DNA of 64,000 nucleotides from NCBI GenBank assembly GCA_907165135.1, contig OU015569.1, forward strand, positions 806,001 through 870,000, read 5' to 3'. Below are positions 1-19,327 of the stretch, piece by piece. The position numbers and the translations under genes were made by a program. The notes under the pieces were generated by a model. It saw only the letters and a program-made list of their open reading frames with translations, was not told where the DNA came from and made no database searches. The DNA comes from Oikopleura dioica. Its lineage: Eukaryota > Animalia > Chordata. Numbering within the stretch: position 1 is the first letter of the stretch; each line of letters starts with the position of its first letter.

Positions 1-689
1 CGTACGGCGTCAGGCCTGGTTGATCAGAGATTTTTTCCATTCTGTTCTCTGGTCATTGAGAAGCCAGAGGCAAGTGCCCTACTTGAGTATTGCTCAAGTA
101 CGTCGTGACAGGGCCACCAATGCAACCGACCAAACAAAAATTTAAGACCAACAATATTCTTGTCCCACCACTATTCCCACTTCTTCTCAATAATTAACCT
201 CTTCACTTGATTGAAATCAATTTCTCGATTTCGGAATGCTGATTCGCAATAAACAAAAAAATGCTGAACACAGCGGCTCGGAATTTGAAAAGGGGGTAGA
301 TTTCTGGGCAACCTGTGTAGGAAACCTGAGTCAGGTTCTGAAAAGCAAAAATGAAAAGCCGCGTAGCGGCTTTATAAAAAACCGAAGCCGCAAAGCGGCT
401 TCGCAATTCAATCACTATTATCTATTTTTAAACACTGGCGAAGCCGCTCCGCGGCTTCGTTTATTTAAAAAGCCGCTACGCGGCTTTTCATTTTTGATTT
501 TCAGAACCTAACTCAGGTTTTCTATACACGTTGCCGACCCAGATTAAGAGGCGAAGCCGCTACGCGGCTTTGTTAAAAAAAAGCCGCTGCGCGGCTTTTC
601 AGTTAAGCTTTTCAGAACCTGAGTCAGGTTTTTACACAGGTTTTTTGTGTACGAAGTAAATCAAGGGCAAGTGATCAACCTTTTGACAA

Positions 690-6140
<5,451 letters not shown>

Positions 6141-6537
6141 ACTAAACTAAACCTTCCTTTTTCTTCCAAAGTGCAAAAAATTGACCCTTCAAAACTCAAA
6201 AACTGAATGACAAAAAAAAGAGTTAATCCCAGAAGTCCTTTGTGTCCTTACATCCGTCTCTTGCCCCTTAAAATACTACTTTACCTATGTCTTAAGGGCT
6301 TCACCCAACAAAAAGACCAGTAAGGGCATTCTTGGACTTCTTGGGTTAGCAAAGATGAATCTTCCATTGACATGCACCAACTTCGCTACTTCCAAAAGAA
6401 ACACTGATACTTACTTGAAGATACACAGACTTCTGTTCATTACTTTTTACTTCGAAGATATATTTTTATATTCTGTAAATAAAATTTCGGGTTCCCTACA
6501 AAAGAGTCGACAAAACAAACGAAGTCCGTTTTCAGAA

Positions 6538-7731
6538 ATGGCGGAGATAACGAAGCTAAAATTCGCAAGCGCAACTTGTTACGGGTTCTTTATCAAGATG
6601 AACTTTTCGTTTCCGATTTATTAAGTTTCTCTCATTTTAATTGGTTTTCAACTCTTTAAAAAACCCATCTTTGTGAGATTTACCATCACGGCGCAACTGT
6701 CACGTCTTGGAAAGTCGACGGCAAGGAGAAGCTCTTTCTGTCTTCTTCGGCCGTGCTCGATGGTTCAAAAGCGATTCGTGGCGGCATTCCGGTCGTCTTT
6801 CCCAATTTCGGTCCCTGGGCTCACGGGCCGCAGCACGGTTTCGCGCGAATTCTGCCCTGGAAAGTCGTCCACGAGACTGAATCATCCGTCACCCTTTCCC
6901 TTGAGCCTTGTCAGAAGTCGAGGGAAATGTGGGACTTTTCCTTCAAGATAGAATACACAGGAAAGGATCACTATTTCTAGATCTTTTCTAGAGCTCAGGA
7001 AAGGACTCTCTTGTCTGAGAAAAGGTTTCTGAAGTAAAGATTCTCAAAATAAGTTCGGATCGACGAAAGCACGCTGTATACGATCATGACTGTGGAGAAT
7101 ACCGATCAGAAGGAGTTTGATTTCACCGCCCTTCTTCACACCTATCTAAACGTAGATATTCAGTCAATGACAGGTACATTCTCAAGCATTCAAAAGAGCT
7201 CTGATATGAGAGGTGATAAGATTTTCTTACTTCCCGTAAGTTACGGGCCGTAACCCTAACTTTCAGTAAATGGATTCCAGCAAGAAAAGTGCTCGAACTC
7301 GTTGACAGGAGAAGATTTCGTGGAAACCTCCGACGCAGTAAAAATCGAAGCAAATGTTGACCAAATCTACAAGGGCGTTGAGAAAGACCAAATTGTCTCT
7401 TCCAATCTAGGCAAGGTCAAAGTCTCGCGCAAAGGACTACCTGGTAAGAATCCCCGTTTTTCGAGAGAGAAGCTCATCGTTCTTCATTTAAGACGTCGTG
7501 TTCTGGAATCCATGGATCGAGAAAGCCAAAGCAATGGGGGATTTCAACGACGATGGATACAAAAATATGGTCTGCGTTGAGCCGGGTTACGTTGCCCAGC
7601 GAAAAGTTTTGAAGGAATGGAGAAAATGAAGCGCTATTCTTTGCTATTTCGAAGGATTAGCGAAAAGTTCAACCGGGTTTTTCTGGGAAAGATTTTAATC
7701 TTCGTTTATCAGCGCTTTCAGAAGTGCGTGT
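6538..7731 (+). CDS. Glucose-6-phosphate 1-epimerase (aldose 1-epimerase family); 3' end approximate
   Basis: HGATVTSWK, KAIRGGIPVVFPNFG, QHGFAR, FTALLHTY, DVVFWNPWIEKAKAMGDF and MVCVEPG motifs across 5-6 exons. Confidence 0.85.
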
Positions 7732-8284
7732 AGAAGTAAAAAGATACGCTTCTTTGGTCAAACAGGTCATTAGCCGAAATCGCAGGAGCTAATTATGATA
7801 TCGTCTTGGGATACATCGGCTATGGAGGGTTTCCAGGTCAATTAACTTTGCAGTTACAGTCCGAACAGTCGCGAGTGTCAGCTGAGATTGTTTCCATTCA
7901 AAAAAGCAGTGCCCCCTCAATAACAAAATCATCTTTCTCCCAAAATAGCCCAGCGAAAAGTGGACCGGCTCCCAGTGGCTTTCGGTCCTCTGAGATCCTG
8001 TCACTTACAGTAACAGTTCCAGTAAAATGCTACTATTCACCATTTACTCTTCTCCTTCGGTGCAATTTACAATCTTATATGCAACATATGATAATTATTA
8101 TTACTATTCAACAAAAGTTCCAAAAAGCCAATTCACAATTTCACTATTTATTATTATTTTCCTCAAGAATCAGTTGAACTGAGTTCTTGAAACTGTTTCC
8201 TTTTATTGCGCACGCGTGTTCTTTTTTAATACTAAAATGCGATTATTGAAAATTACAGTCTTCTTCTTTCAGAATTGGCCTGTT

Positions 8285-9159
8285 ATGGAAATTGATTCAA
8301 CGAAAGTCTACCTGAAAGTTAGAGAAATTCGTCAGGGTACCTTCGTGACAATGACCAAATAAAAGGGTTTCACTCACAAAGAAGATTCAATAATGTTGAA
8401 CTACAGACAAACCCAGCGAAAGGGCTTGTGTCTTCCACCAACTCCACTGGGGCCAAGTTTCCTCATGCATCAGTGCTTGCTTTTGGAAGAGAGTACTCTT
8501 ACGGAGACGATGGACTTTCAACAACAAGAAGACCGAAGCTCGATCCACTCGAAATCAAACAGTTAGGCACAGTTCACGATTGTTTTTCGAAAAAGCAGGC
8601 TCGGTAACCTGTTAAGAAACCTGAGTCAGGGTGGCAAAAGAGAGCTAAAGCTTTTTTTGTACCCTGACTCAGGTTTCTAGACAGGTATTGTTCCAGATCA
8701 GGTGCCTGTCAAAGTTCACTGGTGATCTGAAAAAAGTAACGTACGAAAACCCCGAAGTCGAGAAGATTTTGAGAAATTTCTTTCCTCCTTGAAAGCGGAC
8801 GGTCAATTCACCAAAGCAGCATACGATGTTAAAACCTACAATTGCATCCATTTCGCTTTGCTTGTAAGAAATCTCACATGCACAGAGAAATAACGAAACT
8901 TTAGCTTTTGACGTTTTTCGGAGTTGATACAAGCGCACACGCGGATTTACTAAAGTACCCTCAAAACGCGATCAATTCCTACGTTCGAAACGCTGTCATT
9001 TTGATCGCCAGTTGCGGTTTTCCTCCGGCTGTGATCATGCTCGAAACCGGTGCGCTGCTCAACGCCGCCGGTGTTGCTGCGGCAACGAGTGTCATTGCCG
9101 GTCAAGCAGTTGCGCGCAAACTGGACTACAAATCGTGGAATTCGACTTCCAAGAATTGA
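8285..9159 (+). CDS. PPPDE (DUF862) desumoylating/deubiquitinating peptidase-like protein
   Basis: KVYLKVREI, PHASVLAFGREYSYG (catalytic His region) and FEKFLSSL..F...AYDVKTYNCIHF (catalytic Cys region). One junction near the intronic MITE is unresolved. Confidence 0.6.
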
Positions 9160-9363
9160 AAAATCTCCTTTTCTTTTTGTAAATTTTATTTTTGACTTCT
9201 GATCATTCTGTTACGAACTTGTCGCGGAAACCTGTGTAGAAACCTGAGTCAGGGCTCGACTCAAAGTGCCGAGTCCATGTTCCGATTCCTTTTAAAGTTC
9301 TATTATTCGCAATTATCAAATAATTAGCCAGCGTTTTTCTCCGTTAAGATGCGCTGAAAGAAG

Positions 9364-10553
9364 ATGGAGAATCAACTGAGCGACGCTCAGATCGGGCAAA
9401 TGATCTTTAGAGCGATTTCGGAGTCGAACTCGTCTTCTCGTTCGACGGACAGTTACGCGGCGCACGAAGCTTCCTTCGCCGAGTTGGAAGCGATGGAGCA
9501 GCTGAAAGCGGCCGCGCCCGAGTTCGCCAGTGAAAAGTAACACCGCCGCCGTGATTTTCCGTCAGTTGCTAATTTCGTATCTAGTCACACGTTCCGTCCC
9601 GTCCAGACAAAGCGGCTCAATACCCAGACGATGGACTCTGGTTACTTTGAAACGGCGAATAACCAGTTCAACGCGAGTATGGTTATTCCACAAATTCTAC
9701 AAACTGCGGAATTGAAAGGTTTTTTTAAACTTATTTTACCAATATAACTGGCTGATTTAGCTTCTTTGGAAAGCAAAATCGCCTCTCTTACGGAGAAAAT
9801 CAAGGAGCTGACGAGTCATCCGCTTGAAGGAAGGGGATTAAAGCTAGAGCCAGTTCGCTTCCCAGCACCAGTTTGAGAGAAGGGCTGCCCAGAAAGTGAC
9901 AGAAAATGTATGAGAGTAATCCCCTCGACAGATTTGACTAACAGACGCATCACGGCAATGGAGCAGCTTCAGAGCCAACAAGTCCAAGTTCAAAACATGC
10001 TCCTCGAACAGATGAAGCAATCAAATCAACTTGTCCGACAGGAAAGGCTACAGCCAAAATTAAAACTCAGAATTCGAATTTCCACCATGTTTTTTAAATG
10101 CACTTCTATGTCCTCTAAGGGTCTTCCAATTTCTTCATGTGAAATTAAAATAAGGGAGTAGCAGTCACTAACTTGCATACATCTCTTTTTTGTAGATGAG
10201 TTAACCTTTTTTGAACTGCTGAGACAAGTGCTCCAGTACGCTAAACAGAAGGGTAACGCTGCCAGAAGTGACGAAGCAGAGCTGTAACCTAAAGAAAGCA
10301 GCTTTGCGGGGATTTTCGGGTCAATTCTGCAGATCCACGCGTTGATGTGCCTAGACCGTCGGTCACAGCGAGAGTGGAGCAGCATCATCCCCTCAGCTCA
10401 GCTCCTCGCCGAGCGAGGGATCACCTCAGGTGAGCCTCTTCCACCTTGCTGCCTTATAACAGGGCGCATAGCAGGGCAAAACTCAGTTCATTTCCAAGCG
10501 TAAGTTACTCTTTCTTACAGTCAACCTTCAAAGCTCAAACTACCAGAAATTAA
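9364..10553 (+). CDS. Unknown multi-exon protein with short coiled-coil segments
   Basis: Open, protein-like exons (MENQLSDAQIGQMIF..., ASLESKIASLTEKIKEL, RRITAMEQLQSQQVQVQNMLLEQMKQ) bounded by splice-like signals; no family recognised. Confidence 0.45.
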
Positions 10554-12226
10554 AGCCTAATCGAAAAGCTGCTTGCAGCTTTGAGATTAAGGAAACAGAA
10601 AAGCCGCGCAAAGCTTTGGCTAACTCGGAGCCGCAAGCGGCTTCTCGACTTTGGCATTTGACTGTACTTCGCGCAATAGGAGCAATTTGCAGGCGAACTA
10701 ATTATGAATCCCGGCAGCGAAAAAATCAAAGATGACATGGGCTATCAACTTTTTTTTTCTTTATCACTCCATGTTGATGGGTGACGACATGTTGTTTTGC
10801 AATTTATTTAGCAGGTGGCGTCAATTTCGAAAGCGTTCGAAAAATAAAGAAGGAATAGATAGACAAGGTCAATAAGAAGCTGCCATTCACAAACAAAAAC
10901 AGTCGTCCTGACACTGACAGAATCTAATCAAGTCTCCATAAGTAACTAATTGCAAATAAAGTTGCCCAAATAACGAGCGAGTCCACTTCACTCCTCTTAT
11001 TAGCGATTCGGTAGACGAGCAGAGCAAATTAAGATTATTCCCAACAAAATCCGATTGTGGCGGTTTTAACCCATCACGACATTTGGACAGATTATTTGAC
11101 TAATTCCAAATGCGTTCTGTTTTAATCATGTTCTGGAAGAATTATTGAGTTTAGCGTCTAAAAAAGAAGGACTGTAGGGTTCTATAGGGCGGTCTATATC
11201 AGGAGAACGAATTACAGACAACTACTACTGTTGACTTTCACCTCTTTTTTTCAATCGATTCTGCTACTTTTTTGGTCTAAAAAAATTACTTTTAGAACAA
11301 ATTGGCCGTTTTTTCGCGAGATAATAGGGATGATGGAAGGCTCACTTCAGTCACTAGTACTGTATAAATTTTACTATTGAATTTTTTATTAACCAAAGAT
11401 CTCTTCTTGGCGTTCCATCTCGCTCGACAGCGAGAGTAAAATATTAAAACGCTTGTCGGCCGGGTTCACTTTCGGAAAGACGGGTTTTTACTTTTATTGC
11501 GAATTTTTGATGCTTTGAAGCTTTGATCGAGCCCGTAATTTCGTGCTGAGTAAAATAATAATCGATGGTTTTATTCTCGTCTTGGCGACAAACTGAAGCA
11601 CGCCTCAATTTATTAAATAATAAATTAGAAACCAAAGCGATGCCTTTTTTTCTGTTTGTTCCATTAGTTGAACTTTGCTCGTATAAATAATCAAAAGCGC
11701 TTATTTGAACTCGGCTTCATTATGATTCTGATTTTTCAATTATTAATCAACTAGACTTTATCTAGGGAAAGTCGGAAGAGAGAGAGGGAGAGAGACTTCA
11801 ACGCGGAGCTATTAATCTAATTTAATTGTTACGCGTGTTGTCGGGAGCGTGTATCAGATCGCGCGGAGGGGTCCCTTAACTCGCCACTTGGCCAGAAATA
11901 GAGCGATTCGCGATTCCAGAGCGCCTTTCTCCGATTTTAACTTTGACCATTCTTCTTCTTTTTTTCTCAAGCATCGATCGCAGGTGTTCTTCATCAGAAG
12001 CAGCATCGCCTCCAAGACGAGCGCTCGGGTGGTGGCGCCAGAGAGACAGAAGCGCGTACAGAAGAAGTGTAAGGAATAAGAGAAACAGATCGAGCTGAAT
12101 AATAACAACTTGACCCTACACAACAGATCCCAAGTTGATGAAGAGTTGATTCTGATCGAGAAGAAGGTGCAATCAACGAAGAGAAAGTAGAAGCCAGAGT
12201 CGCCAGAGAAAGTCAAAAAAAAAAGA

Positions 12227-14545
12227 ATGTCTAGCGGGCGCGTCTCGGTCGGCTCCAACAACGGGCCTCACATATCGCCAGTTTCCAACGGCACGTCTTC
12301 CTCGAGCACGATCCAGGGCAGATTGACCTGCATTTTATGCGAAGAGGAGAAGAACTGCTGGGCCTTCGTCGGTGGCGACATTTTGCACCTGAACAACGAG
12401 CACGTCTGCCGAGCATGCGCCAATCACGAAGGTACGTAAGCTTACATCTCCCCAAGTTCACCTCTATTTGAATGTTTATAAATAGAAGTTTCCACGCGCC
12501 CTAATTTCCATAAGTGATATATCTCGCGAAAGAAACAACGCTTCAGAAATATACATTTCAATTTGTAATAATACATCGTATTTTCCATAAATAGAAGGCT
12601 ATTTTTACAACTCAACAAAATATTTTCCGATCTAAGGTCTTTTTTTATTCCATTATATAGTCGATTATGTGTTACATATTTTTCAATAAAGAGAATCGTA
12701 ATTAATGACGGTTTCATAAAGTATGTATATTTAGGGCGCATTCCTTATCAAAAAATAGAAGACATCATTGTTTATTTGTTATCATTATTCTTTTTATGAT
12801 ATCGTTAAAATCAATCCTATGATTGTTTTCTTTTTTTTTTCTCCTGGGTTTACCGAACACGTGACTCGTGCCCAGTCGATAACCTCTCTGAGAAGTCATC
12901 GATATTTAAAAGGGCTCGTCTGAAAAGCAGACCGCTCATTTCTGAATATTTCATTCCTTTTAAAGGCCTCCTTTACTGCGAGGGCTCCTTTACTGTAGCC
13001 TTATTCTAGCTTATCCCGCAATTTTTGAACGAGAAAGTGGCTCAGAGCTTCGCCACAAGGGCCCTAAGCTCGTAAAGCCGAAGCTCGTTAGATTGAGTTA
13101 TGATGATGACCTTTTTGTACATTCTTTTCGGTGTCAAACAAGATCATCTAAGACTAGTACTCTTTATTTTGAAAATCCTTTCTAACCACAAAAACAACTC
13201 TTCAAAATAATTTACGGCTGTAAAATTATTATATTTATTTTCAAGAAGAATAAAATTTATGTTTTAATGAATGTATCTCTTTCTAGTCATCAAAAGATAA
13301 TAATATGTTTTATGGGCGCTTTTTATTGTTATACCATTTTGTTACACCCTTTTTGTTTGATGACATAAAGCTGTACTTCTGTTGGAGAAAGTAATTATGA
13401 AATAATTTAAGGGTCGCTCGAGCTGATCAGAAGCGCGGTGGAGAACATGAAGGACCATCGGCAACGGACACGAGAGAGGTCTTCCAGTGCTAGCAAGCCA
13501 ACGATCAGTTACTCGAGCGCAGTAGCAACGCTGACGCCACCGCCAGTGACGTCTTCGCGACCGGTAGTTGCGACAAGCAGCGTGGCATCAAGCGGCCGCG
13601 CAGAAACAGGCGCCGGAAACGGCGGCATGCCGATGATTTACCGCGGCATCGTCGGCAGCGGCGATAGGCGCTCGTTTAATTTTCACGTCGTCATCAGCGC
13701 GCCGGATATCTACCACATCGTCGTCGACGATGGCTTCCTTCAGGGACAAAAGTTTACGAATATTGCCGACTTTAGAATGACGCTGGCACAGAATCAGTTC
13801 GAATTGAGCAAGGATAGGATGTGACAGACGCTTATTCTTATCTTGTGATAGTCCTGTTTATTCATTTGTTTATTACGCAAATTTGAGACGCGCATTTCTC
13901 GCATTCATCTATATTATTTGTTTACATAATGTTGCATAACAGAATCAAAGTCGAGTAATCTTTAGTAGAAAAAATTACAGTGACTATAAATCTAAGCCAT
14001 TCTAGTCATATCCCCAAAAAGGTGCAAATGAACGTTTTCGACGGACAAAAATGGCTCTCTTTAGCCACCTTTTTGTATCAGCGTGGACGAGCTGCTCTCC
14101 CAACTCATACTCAGGAGTCGGTGATTTCCCAGAAGTCGCCCAAGATTCCCGTTTCAACAACACATGTACCGACGGTTTTTGTTCCCAACTCGCGGACCGT
14201 GATGAGCGAGGCCGAAGCTCTCCCACCAGCCCAGTACGACCCTCGTTTGCTTATGGGGTAAGTCCATTACAAGAATTTTGATTTTCCAAAAATAAGTTTT
14301 CTAACGCTGTTTTCAGCCAAGAATGGTTGCAACAGCGCGTTGGGTTTCCTTACTTGCCTCCAACATTCACACCGACAAACCCAACACAGCTGGCTCTCTC
14401 GAACTTGATGAGCCAGGAGTTCAAGAATCCGCGCAATCGCCGCACGGCTGGGGTCCCTCCCGCATACACGCTACTCTCTCCGATGAGCGCCAACGACCCG
14501 GCCGCCTTCTCCATGTATCCAGGCGTCAAGGAGAGAGTCGGCTAA
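12227..14545 (+). CDS. IRF2BP1/2/L-family N-terminal zinc-finger protein, apparently without the C-terminal RING
   Basis: CILC...WAF...EHVCRACANHEG matches the IRF2BP zinc finger (CYLC..PW...EPVCRGCVNYEG). The ~1-kb intron 1 ends at 13411; later exons end ...KERVG* at 14545. Confidence 0.7.
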
Positions 14546-14759
14546 CCGTCGATATCGAGCAACTTATCGCAATTTTAAACAATTCGTTGTCCTGGTGCTC
14601 CGATAATTGCTCCTCCATCCCTTCACTAATTTCAAGCGGCAAAATGATACATTATTCATCAAATAACTTGTCATATGGTTATATACACACACGGATATAG
14701 CATAAATAGCACACATTCTAAATGAGCAACGAACAAGATAGCATCTCATCGGCTCAATT

Positions 14760-15395
14760 AAGGGCCATCGCGTAATTCTGGCCAAAAATAAAGGTATTTT
14801 TCCCATTTCTTTTCACCGAAAAAACGCTGATTTCTGGCCAGGATTGTGACAGTTCATTAAATGCTCATTTTGTCGTTTATTTTTATTTTCTTTTTCTTCG
14901 TTCTCTTCAACTGGTAACGGTGCAACGAGCCCTTATTCTCGAAATCTGGTTCTTCAATTTCACTTTTGCAAATTTACCTCTAACTTGTTAAACGCTTCGT
15001 TTGATAGAAATACACATGCACTACAAAAAACACGACGAGAACAAGTTGCGTGACTGTGTAATACTTTAGTTACTGTAGAAACAAGCTGGATAAAAGGCCC
15101 CACCCTAAAATCGTGCCTTCGACTTAAGGCGTCTTCCTCAAGTTCATGTACTTAGTCAGTTCAAAGCGTGTATTACTGTCACTCACCCTGTTCCATTTGT
15201 ACAGTCGACGTAGTTCCCCTTCCCTGCCACTTTTATTTTCAAAAAAACACGGTCGATTTTCTCATGGTGCTGTAAATTGGTCGAATGATAACTTTTTTTT
15301 TCTTGCTTTCACTTCTTCTTTTTTTCGACGTTCATTGCGTTCAAGCAACTTTTTTTTAACATTCTTCTGTCTTTGTTTAGAAAATACAACCCATA
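14760..15395 (-). CDS. Possible small unknown gene with basic segments and one hydrophobic segment
   Basis: Protein-like minus-strand pieces (KQRQKNVKKKLLERNERRKKEE; TQLVLVVFFVVHVYFYQN) with GT/AG boundaries; start codon not resolved. Confidence 0.25.
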
Positions 15396-15565
15396 GCTAT
15401 TCACTACTTTTCTTTTCTTTCTTGAGCAGGATCAGGAAATAGGCATTGAAATCAACAACGACTACTGGCAACATTTTTGCAGAAACGGTTTTGAAGCAGA
15501 CTTTGTATAGAAAATGAGCTTAGACTTGAATAACCTTTAGTTCTTTTCTGACCCGTTTTTGTTAG

Positions 15566-18500
15566 TGAGGAGCTGAATATTGACTGGTTGGATGAAGTGT
15601 CACCGCTGCCAGTGCGTCCTTCAAGTCCAGTCAAAATCGGACAGAGCCAGCCGATCAAGATCTGGCACGAGAAGCCAGAATCGGCTTTCAGCACCATTGA
15701 GAACGAGCTAGAAGAAGTGGCTGCGCGACGGCGACTATTCGACGAAAACCTAAAGAAGCAGCGTCGTGCTCAAATTGACCCCCTTGCAGAGGACGAGTTC
15801 TTGGACGAAAAACCGATCAAGCTCAAGGTTTCAAAAGCAATCAGCGATGCTCGAGCAAAAGTACCGACAAAGGTAGCATCCAAGCAGCGATTTCAGAGAG
15901 AAAAACCCAAAGCTGCTCAAACCGCACAACGGAGCAGTGTGATTCCACGACGTAAAGCTCCCCAGACGGCTAGGAAGACACAATCGGTGGAATTTGCGGA
16001 TGAAAAGCTAAGGTCGATTTATGGCAGAGCCGAATGGCAAGGCGGAGCGAAGAGGCTCGGCAGAAACCCGTACATTTATCATCAATCGCCGCCAAAGGTA
16101 CTTCTGCTCTTTATCGATTGATCCAAAAGACTCATCTTTATACTAGCATCATACAAACGTGCAGATTTCGCAAGGAATCCGTGTGCGCTCTTCCAAGTCG
16201 CAGACGACGCCGAGACTCGGCCTGGAACGAGGAGAAAGTGCGATTCAAATCGCGCCGCCTGTTCGCGCCGGTCCTTCCAGCAGAAATCGCAGAAGCTATT
16301 CTCCCGAGTCTGCTAGCACAGTAAGCATTTCCAGTACTTCGGAGGTGCTTTCTTCGACGCCGATTCCTTCCGCGGAACTAGTCGATCGAAGCCAGAATAC
16401 CTCTGTCACCCCAATGGCAACGACGGAGCCCACCAATACTCAGCCCTACTCATCCGTTGAAACGCAGGCAACCTTAACAAGCGTAAGTTTGTTTTGAATT
16501 TTATATTCATTTAGAGTCTATTGTGTAACATTATTGATAGTGTATCAATCAAGACGTTCCTTTGAAGATTTATAGCAATTAATCTTATTGTTCTATAATT
16601 GTCATTTTAGGACTCTCGTCAGCCTCCCCTTATAATCAAGCCATCATACGAAGCCATCAATGAAAGACCCGCTTCTCCACAAGGTAATTGATTTTTATAG
16701 ATTAAAAAAGAGGGAAAAAAAGTGAATAACTAAGAACATATATCTAATGAGCGCGAAATGACTAAACTCTTAATTGCCCTCTCTCTCTCTTTTTCATCTG
16801 TCACGCTCTCTTTGATCCCTGATCAACGTTATTTTCAGTGGATGATCGGGTGGATGAGCTCAAGGGCTGGTTGGAACGCGAATTCATGTCGAAATTCATC
16901 CAACAGGGTGTCAAGCCAAACCCTCATCCCGTTGTTCCTCCACGACATCACCAACAGCCACAGGACGAAAGACTTCTTCGTAAATTGGTGGAAGATAGGG
17001 TCCGCAAGTACCTGCGTGAAATGAGGCGAGAGAAGACTCCGCCAGCGCCTGAACCTGTAGTCCAGCGAAAAGCAGAGCCGCTTATTGTCAGCCAAACTTA
17101 TGTTCGCCCGATGACGCCGAGTCCGATCCACTCTATTGAGGTAAAAAGATCTCTTCAAAGAATATGATCTAACAGATTATCGATTAGTCCCCAGCGCCGA
17201 TCGAGTTAGAAGCATTCATCGACGAGACGGTAGCTAACATTTCCACTCCTGATCCGTCACAAAGGCCTCCTCGTTCCCCTTCACTCAAGGAAAACAACAC
17301 TCTGGAGAATCTGCCGATCGACGAGTCCGATGGTAAAGACCAAGAAAGCTACAGTCAAGACTTTGAAATTGAATCAATAGAATCATTCAAACCAATTCTG
17401 CAGAAGTCGGAGAGTGAACGGACAATCTCGTCGTTTACTGCTGGCCACACGCCAGAAATGTCGAACGTATACGACGATGAATTTGATGATGAGCTTGCTG
17501 CTAGTCAAATTATCACTCCCGGCGCTTCCACAAAATCGTAAGTTTTGAAAAGATCATCCTTATTCTTCCTGATTAGCTATCGTGAATCCCTTTTTTGACC
17601 TCTAGAAGTAACATAGTGATACTCTTATTCTAATCAACCAGCGGAATAAGAGAATCTTATGTGAGAACTGCTTGGATATTATATATCTTAGACGTCATTT
17701 TAGTGTTATTTCCATAAACTCGCTGGATGGAAAGTCGTCACCTACACCCATCCGGTCGTCTACTCCAGGGAAGGCTGCGCCGCCTCAGGAAATTGAAGAG
17801 CGTCCTCCGTCTATCCAGGTATTCTCATCTATCCAGTGCTCTCCGGTAGAGTTTCCTCGCACACACACATGTGCTTTCGTCTTTTTCCGGTCATGTGTAG
17901 GAGCACCGATTCGCCCGTTGGGATGTCAAGGCCAGATGCTCTTGCGGAGATAGGATCGCGTTTTCCACTCTTTGAGAGTCATTCGTTGATGCTCAATGAC
18001 GTTTTAGGAGGTGCCCGTCGTGCAGAGTCCGCCCTCGCTTCATACTCAATCGGAAGAGTCAACTCTTTGCAGCTCGACCGACGCCACATTCAGCCCGGGT
18101 GAATTGATCATTTCTTTCGGCGAATACAGAGCTCCTCCGAAGTCACTGCCCAAACGACAAAATACGCGAAACAGGAAAACAGGGGACAGCTTATCCGAAG
18201 GTAGGGTTATCCAAAGAACTCAAGTTGGACGCTTGAATCTCCCGAAAGAAGGGAGATTTATCTGTCCACTCTGAAACGCGACATTATCAAACACACTTGC
18301 TATTGATATTTGCCGTCCTAAATGCGCTAATGTGCTCGTATAAAAATAAATCACGTGTTCAGGCGAGATAGAGTGCTCAGCGAACGATGTCTCTCCGGTC
18401 ACCTCGCGAGAGTTCTCTGAAGGCGAAATTCGGTACCGAGTCAAGAATCAAGCAAATCCAGCCAATGTCGCCATGTCTGCCCCATTCGAAGAGACAATCT

Positions 18501-18632
18501 CGGAAGAGTCCGAGTACGATGATCCTACTGACTTACAGGAATAGGATTTAGACCTACTTAGTTTAAGTCATTTACCCTAAAAGTGGCTAGGAGCGTTTGA
18601 GTTGTTTGAAGAGAGAAGCGTCGTTTCTCTGA
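15566..18632 (+). CDS. KIAA0586: TALPID3 (KIAA0586) centriole/ciliogenesis protein homologue; start unresolved
   Basis: DEKLRSIYGRAEWQGGAKRLGRNPYIYHQSPPK resembles the TALPID3 core (YGK..YQGHR...PYL.F.SP.PK). WLEREFMSKFI resembles WVEQEIMSRII. C-terminal S(P/E)GE-type motifs are present. Confidence 0.7.
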
Positions 18633-19327
18633 CGTCAAGCTCGAATTAACGAGTAAATGCTATCAAAGGGTAAACAGGGCGAAACATTTCGATAATCCTT
18701 AAACAGCCAGACAACTCCCTCTCCGACCAGTCCAACTAGCATTCCTCCGCTACGAAACTTCATCTACTGTTACATTCTTTCCAACTTTCGAATTCCAACA
18801 AATTTTTTTATGCTTTTCTATCTTTAATAAATTCTTTTTATTTTCTAATTTTTTGTTATTTATTTCCCATATTTATTCATAATCTACGGTAATTGATGCT
18901 CAGGTTGATAGTATAAGCCTTATTTTATAAGGGCGTCACTTTGTTAACTGTCGGAAAAAGTGTGCTTGAAAATTGATAGTTTTCATATCTACCTCGGTCT
19001 TTGCTATTTACTGAAGTCATGAAGGTGTGGCTGTCAATTTTGAATCTACAGTAAGGTGCAGCTGGCTAGTGTTTGTTGTGTTGTGAGATAAGAGAAGTTA
19101 GATCCCACCGAACTCATATCATAATGGTTGTTTACTTCGGAGCGTTTGAATTCGGTGTGCTCGACGGTAGTTGATGATTAACCAGCGAAACGAGTTGCTC
19201 ACTTGGAATTTGCTTAATCGGTCAGGTAGCCACTGCAACACGCGAATAACTCAACTAGAGACCCAACAACTAGAAACAGAGAGAAACGCTTAGAATCAAA
19301 CAGAGACATACTACGGTCTGAGAAGAC

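Noticed and set aside
236-511. Many short ORFs containing KPESGS, KSRVAAF or KPLRGF (also at 27112, 29067, 44445, 61756)
   Set aside because: Translations of MITE family A, not genes.
15375-15395. Myristoylated start MGCISK for the minus-strand gene
   Set aside because: It requires deleting one T from a homopolymer; as given the frame stops (ATG GGT TGT ATT TTC TAA).
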